IMG/VR virus record: IMGVR_UViG_3300037780_000043
Location: 1-36,563 of that record
Direction: 5' to 3' (one strand)
Origin: a virus
Taxonomy: Duplodnaviria; Caudoviricetes
DNA length: 36,563 nt
Part shown: positions 34,289 through 36,563 of the stretch, one piece after another
Position numbering within the stretch: position 1 is the first letter of the stretch
How the letters are laid out: each line of letters opens with the position of its first letter
Made by a program: the position numbers and the translations under genes
The notes under the pieces: generated by a model
What the model was told of the DNA's origin: nothing
The model's database searches: none
Seen by the model: only the letters and a program-made list of their open reading frames with translations

Positions 34289-36039
34289 TATAATTTAGTT
34301 ATTTGACGTTTTGTGACTGGTGACTTCTCTCGCCAAATCAGGCGTACATAATTGATTTCATGTTGTGCCTTTGAGAAGTCTTCAATTTTAAGGATTAACC
34401 TTGTGTAGTTTCGGTATTGTGCGTTGCTGTCTAGTAGAACTGGGATTAACTTACTACTTTCTGATTTTCCACCCCATGCTCCACCATAACCAAGCTCATA
34501 ATACCCCTCTAGATTGCTCAATTTGTAAGTTTCATCAATCTCCAACCTTACAACATTCTCAATCAACTGTCCATCCTCATCATGAATATCAAAACTTACT
34601 GTGATATTGCTGTCCTCGCTTATATTTGCTCCTATAGCAACACCTATTAGGTCTTTACGTGTGGTAAGGTCTCCAGTTTGTATTTCTTGCTTATATATCG
34701 ATCTAATACCTATTCCGTCGTTGTCATGGCTTGTAAATAGCTTATAAACCTTCCCGTCAACACTAGATGTTCCATAAAAATCCCTACCGTCTATATAGAA
34801 GGTTTGAATACTCCAATTAGTGATTGTGGTAAATGATTTAAACTCGGTTCTGTATGCCAATAGCTCGTTGTTGACTGTTGAATCGTTAGCTAAAGACAAG
34901 AACACTGTTTGGGATGCTGCGTCATAGAATATGCTCGGATCTGAACTTAAATTAACCTTATCAAAATATTCAGCACCCAATAACTGGCTTAACTCTATAT
35001 CCTGTTCAGTGAATGGTGTGTTCTTTACACCCAAGGTTATCAACTGCCATAACCCCGCTTCATTTAGGTAGAATATACCTTGTGGTGTTGATACGGTTGC
35101 CGTACTCCCACCGTCATCTAATCTGTTTACATTACTAATATCAACCCTCTTTAGAGTTCCATTACTGTCTATAGTTCTGTGTTCGAATGCAAACTTACCT
35201 TTTTCTTGGAATACCACTATGTACTGTCCTAAAGGCTCGATTGATTTAACTCTACCCGCTCTTTTAAATGAAATACTACCCGATCCATCAGCGGATGTTG
35301 ACGTACTCCACGTATCGAACGGCGGGTTGCTTCCTGCATCTACCTCAGAGAAATAAACCGTGTTTCCTGAACCCACATACAGTCTTGTAGCTATTAGATT
35401 GATTGCTTCAACCTCTGGTGCATTCGATATGCTAGCAGGGAAATACTCATAACTATCTAGATCACAAGTCGCACTCCCTATCTCTAAACTGGATGCACTA
35501 GCAGGACTCGTTGTGCTAAAATCTTTAACTACAACGTAACCACTGCCTGTTTCAAGTACTTCAGCTATCCTCTGATTTGTATCTGCATCTATTACAGAAT
35601 CTCCAACATTAATAGTACCCACTAGATTTGAATAGTTGATGCGTTTTTCTACTCTTGTAAGCTGTGTGTCATTAGATCCAGTGAAGAAATACTCACCATA
35701 CCTAACACCTTTAATCCTAGACTCTGCAAAGTCATCTTTAACCGTATATGTCGTGTCATCCCTTTCATCTAATATGTAAAGAGTAGTACCTTGTGAGTAC
35801 ACTAACAACCAATCGTCCCATTTTTCATATAAATTAACCACTTCACTTCCCAAGTTTCTATGTAGACGCAACCCTTTAGTCTTAATTAACCTACCGTCAG
35901 CTAAAGCTTGGTAGTTTTCTATGACTTGAGCGAAGTCTACATTGATCATCTGAGGATTATCTCTGAGATTCACCCCTTTCTTAGCCCCTGTAGTTGTGAT
36001 GTTCTGAACCTGTGTTGGTTGTAGTTGTATATTTCTCAT
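34288..36039 (-). CDS. Tail nozzle/packaged-DNA stabilisation protein (P22 gp10-like position)
   Basis: 583 aa, beta-propeller-like (RLYVG..VYFSE; GIFYLNEAGLWQL); follows the adaptor gene. Confidence 0.65.
   Translation of the reverse strand: MRNIQLQPTQVQNITTTGAKKGVNLRDNPQMINVDFAQVIENYQALADGRLIKTKGLRLHRNLGSEVVNLYEKWDDWLLVYSQGTTLYILDERDDTTYTVKDDFAESRIKGVRYGEYFFTGSNDTQLTRVEKRINYSNLVGTINVGDSVIDADTNQRIAEVLETGSGYVVVKDFSTTSPASASSLEIGSATCDLDSYEYFPASISNAPEVEAINLIATRLYVGSGNTVYFSEVDAGSNPPFDTWSTSTSADGSGSISFKRAGRVKSIEPLGQYIVVFQEKGKFAFEHRTIDSNGTLKRVDISNVNRLDDGGSTATVSTPQGIFYLNEAGLWQLITLGVKNTPFTEQDIELSQLLGAEYFDKVNLSSDPSIFYDAASQTVFLSLANDSTVNNELLAYRTEFKSFTTITNWSIQTFYIDGRDFYGTSSVDGKVYKLFTSHDNDGIGIRSIYKQEIQTGDLTTRKDLIGVAIGANISEDSNITVSFDIHDEDGQLIENVVRLEIDETYKLSNLEGYYELGYGGAWGGKSESSKLIPVLLDSNAQYRNYTRLILKIEDFSKAQHEINYVRLIWREKSPVTKRQITKL
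34536..34557 (-). promoter_or_regulatory. Intragenic copy of the putative late promoter motif
   Basis: AATGTTGTAAGGTTGGAGATTG, with the same core and ATT spacing; about 257 bp upstream of the tail gene start. Confidence 0.5.
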
Positions 36040-36563
36040 TAGAATGGATTAGTTGGGTCTGGCATTGAGTGCACGCTTGGAGTGTTCATTATTCTTTTCT
36101 GCATTTTGTTTACTTTCATGCTGTAAATTTGACCTGAATTGTTAGATCTTTGGATATCTTGATCTCTCAGCGCAATCATTTTGTCTAAACCATGCAAAAG
36201 CACCTCCCCATATCTATCCTCAACCACCGTTTCGTCGTCCAGAGCTGTGAGGTTGGCTCGTGTTGGTAGATATCTTAATTTTAGTGTCGTATTACCTTTG
36301 ACCGTCTCTTTTAGGCTTAAATCGCCATTAGAATCAACGTCAAAGATCAACTCATCTCCAATTTGTGAGTTTTCGTAAATAAATAGCCCGCAACCCAACA
36401 TATTCACAGTTTCAAAGTCAGCAGGTAAAGAATATGTCAATACTCCCTCCTGGAATGTGAAGGTTGTCTCCAAAATGTATCTCTCTGGGTCAACTTCATA
36501 AAGTTCAGCATACAATTCTTGATTCAGAAGATCCACCATCTTGATCAATGATGCAGTTGAAAC
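36039..36563 (-). CDS. 3' part of the putative head-tail adaptor gene (true start at 187)
   Basis: YSLPADF and LKLRYLPT motifs; position before the nozzle gene. Confidence 0.7.
   Translation of the reverse strand, partial: VSTASLIKMVDLLNQELYAELYEVDPERYILETTFTFQEGVLTYSLPADFETVNMLGCGLFIYENSQIGDELIFDVDSNGDLSLKETVKGNTTLKLRYLPTRANLTALDDETVVEDRYGEVLLHGLDKMIALRDQDIQRSNNSGQIYSMKVNKMQKRIMNTPSVHSMPDPTNPF
36437..36563. repeat. Terminal direct repeat, right copy
   Basis: Identical to 1-127. Confidence 0.97.

Noticed and set aside
36437-36563. Biological terminal repeat of the virion DNA
   Set aside because: 127 bp equals a common assembler k-mer length and the repeat falls mid-gene, so it is most likely an assembly overlap.
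1-36563. Stop-codon reassignment (TGA or TAG recoding)
   Set aside because: Genes tile densely under the standard code, and TGA and TAG stops overlap downstream starts (ATGA, TGATG, TAGTG).

Overview
The window is a complete circular temperate phage genome of 36,436 bp. Bases 1-127 repeat exactly at 36437-36563, and one gene reads through that junction. It is AT-rich, uses the standard genetic code, and almost all genes are on the minus strand. There is no tape measure or tail tube gene, so it looks like a podovirus. The structural module runs terS, terL, portal, scaffold, major capsid, LamG-like protein, adaptor, nozzle, tail protein, then two large ejection proteins, one with a CHAP domain and one with an ART-like domain. 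It is followed by an M23 endolysin and a holin. A cI/cro switch, a tyrosine integrase and an attP made of the 3' part of tRNA-Ile(GAT) show a temperate lifestyle. The early/middle region encodes YqaJ exonuclease, a gp32-like SSB, an O-like initiator with iterons, RusA, HNH, an HExxH protein, GroES and an RtcB RNA ligase with a zinc-ribbon insertion. Signals not explained by the ORF track: (1) a three-unit tandem pseudoknot array behind the SSB gene; (2) a G GGA AAA -1 frameshift site joining a membrane anchor to a lysozyme-like domain; (3) a tRNA-like cloverleaf behind the integrase; (4) a five-copy putative late promoter motif; (5) a switch-like structured leader before scaffold/capsid; (6) small genes flanked by direct repeats. 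Most start codons lack a Shine-Dalgarno sequence, which suggests a Bacteroidota or Patescibacteria (CPR) host, but this is unresolved. All product calls come from motifs and gene order read by eye; no searches were run.
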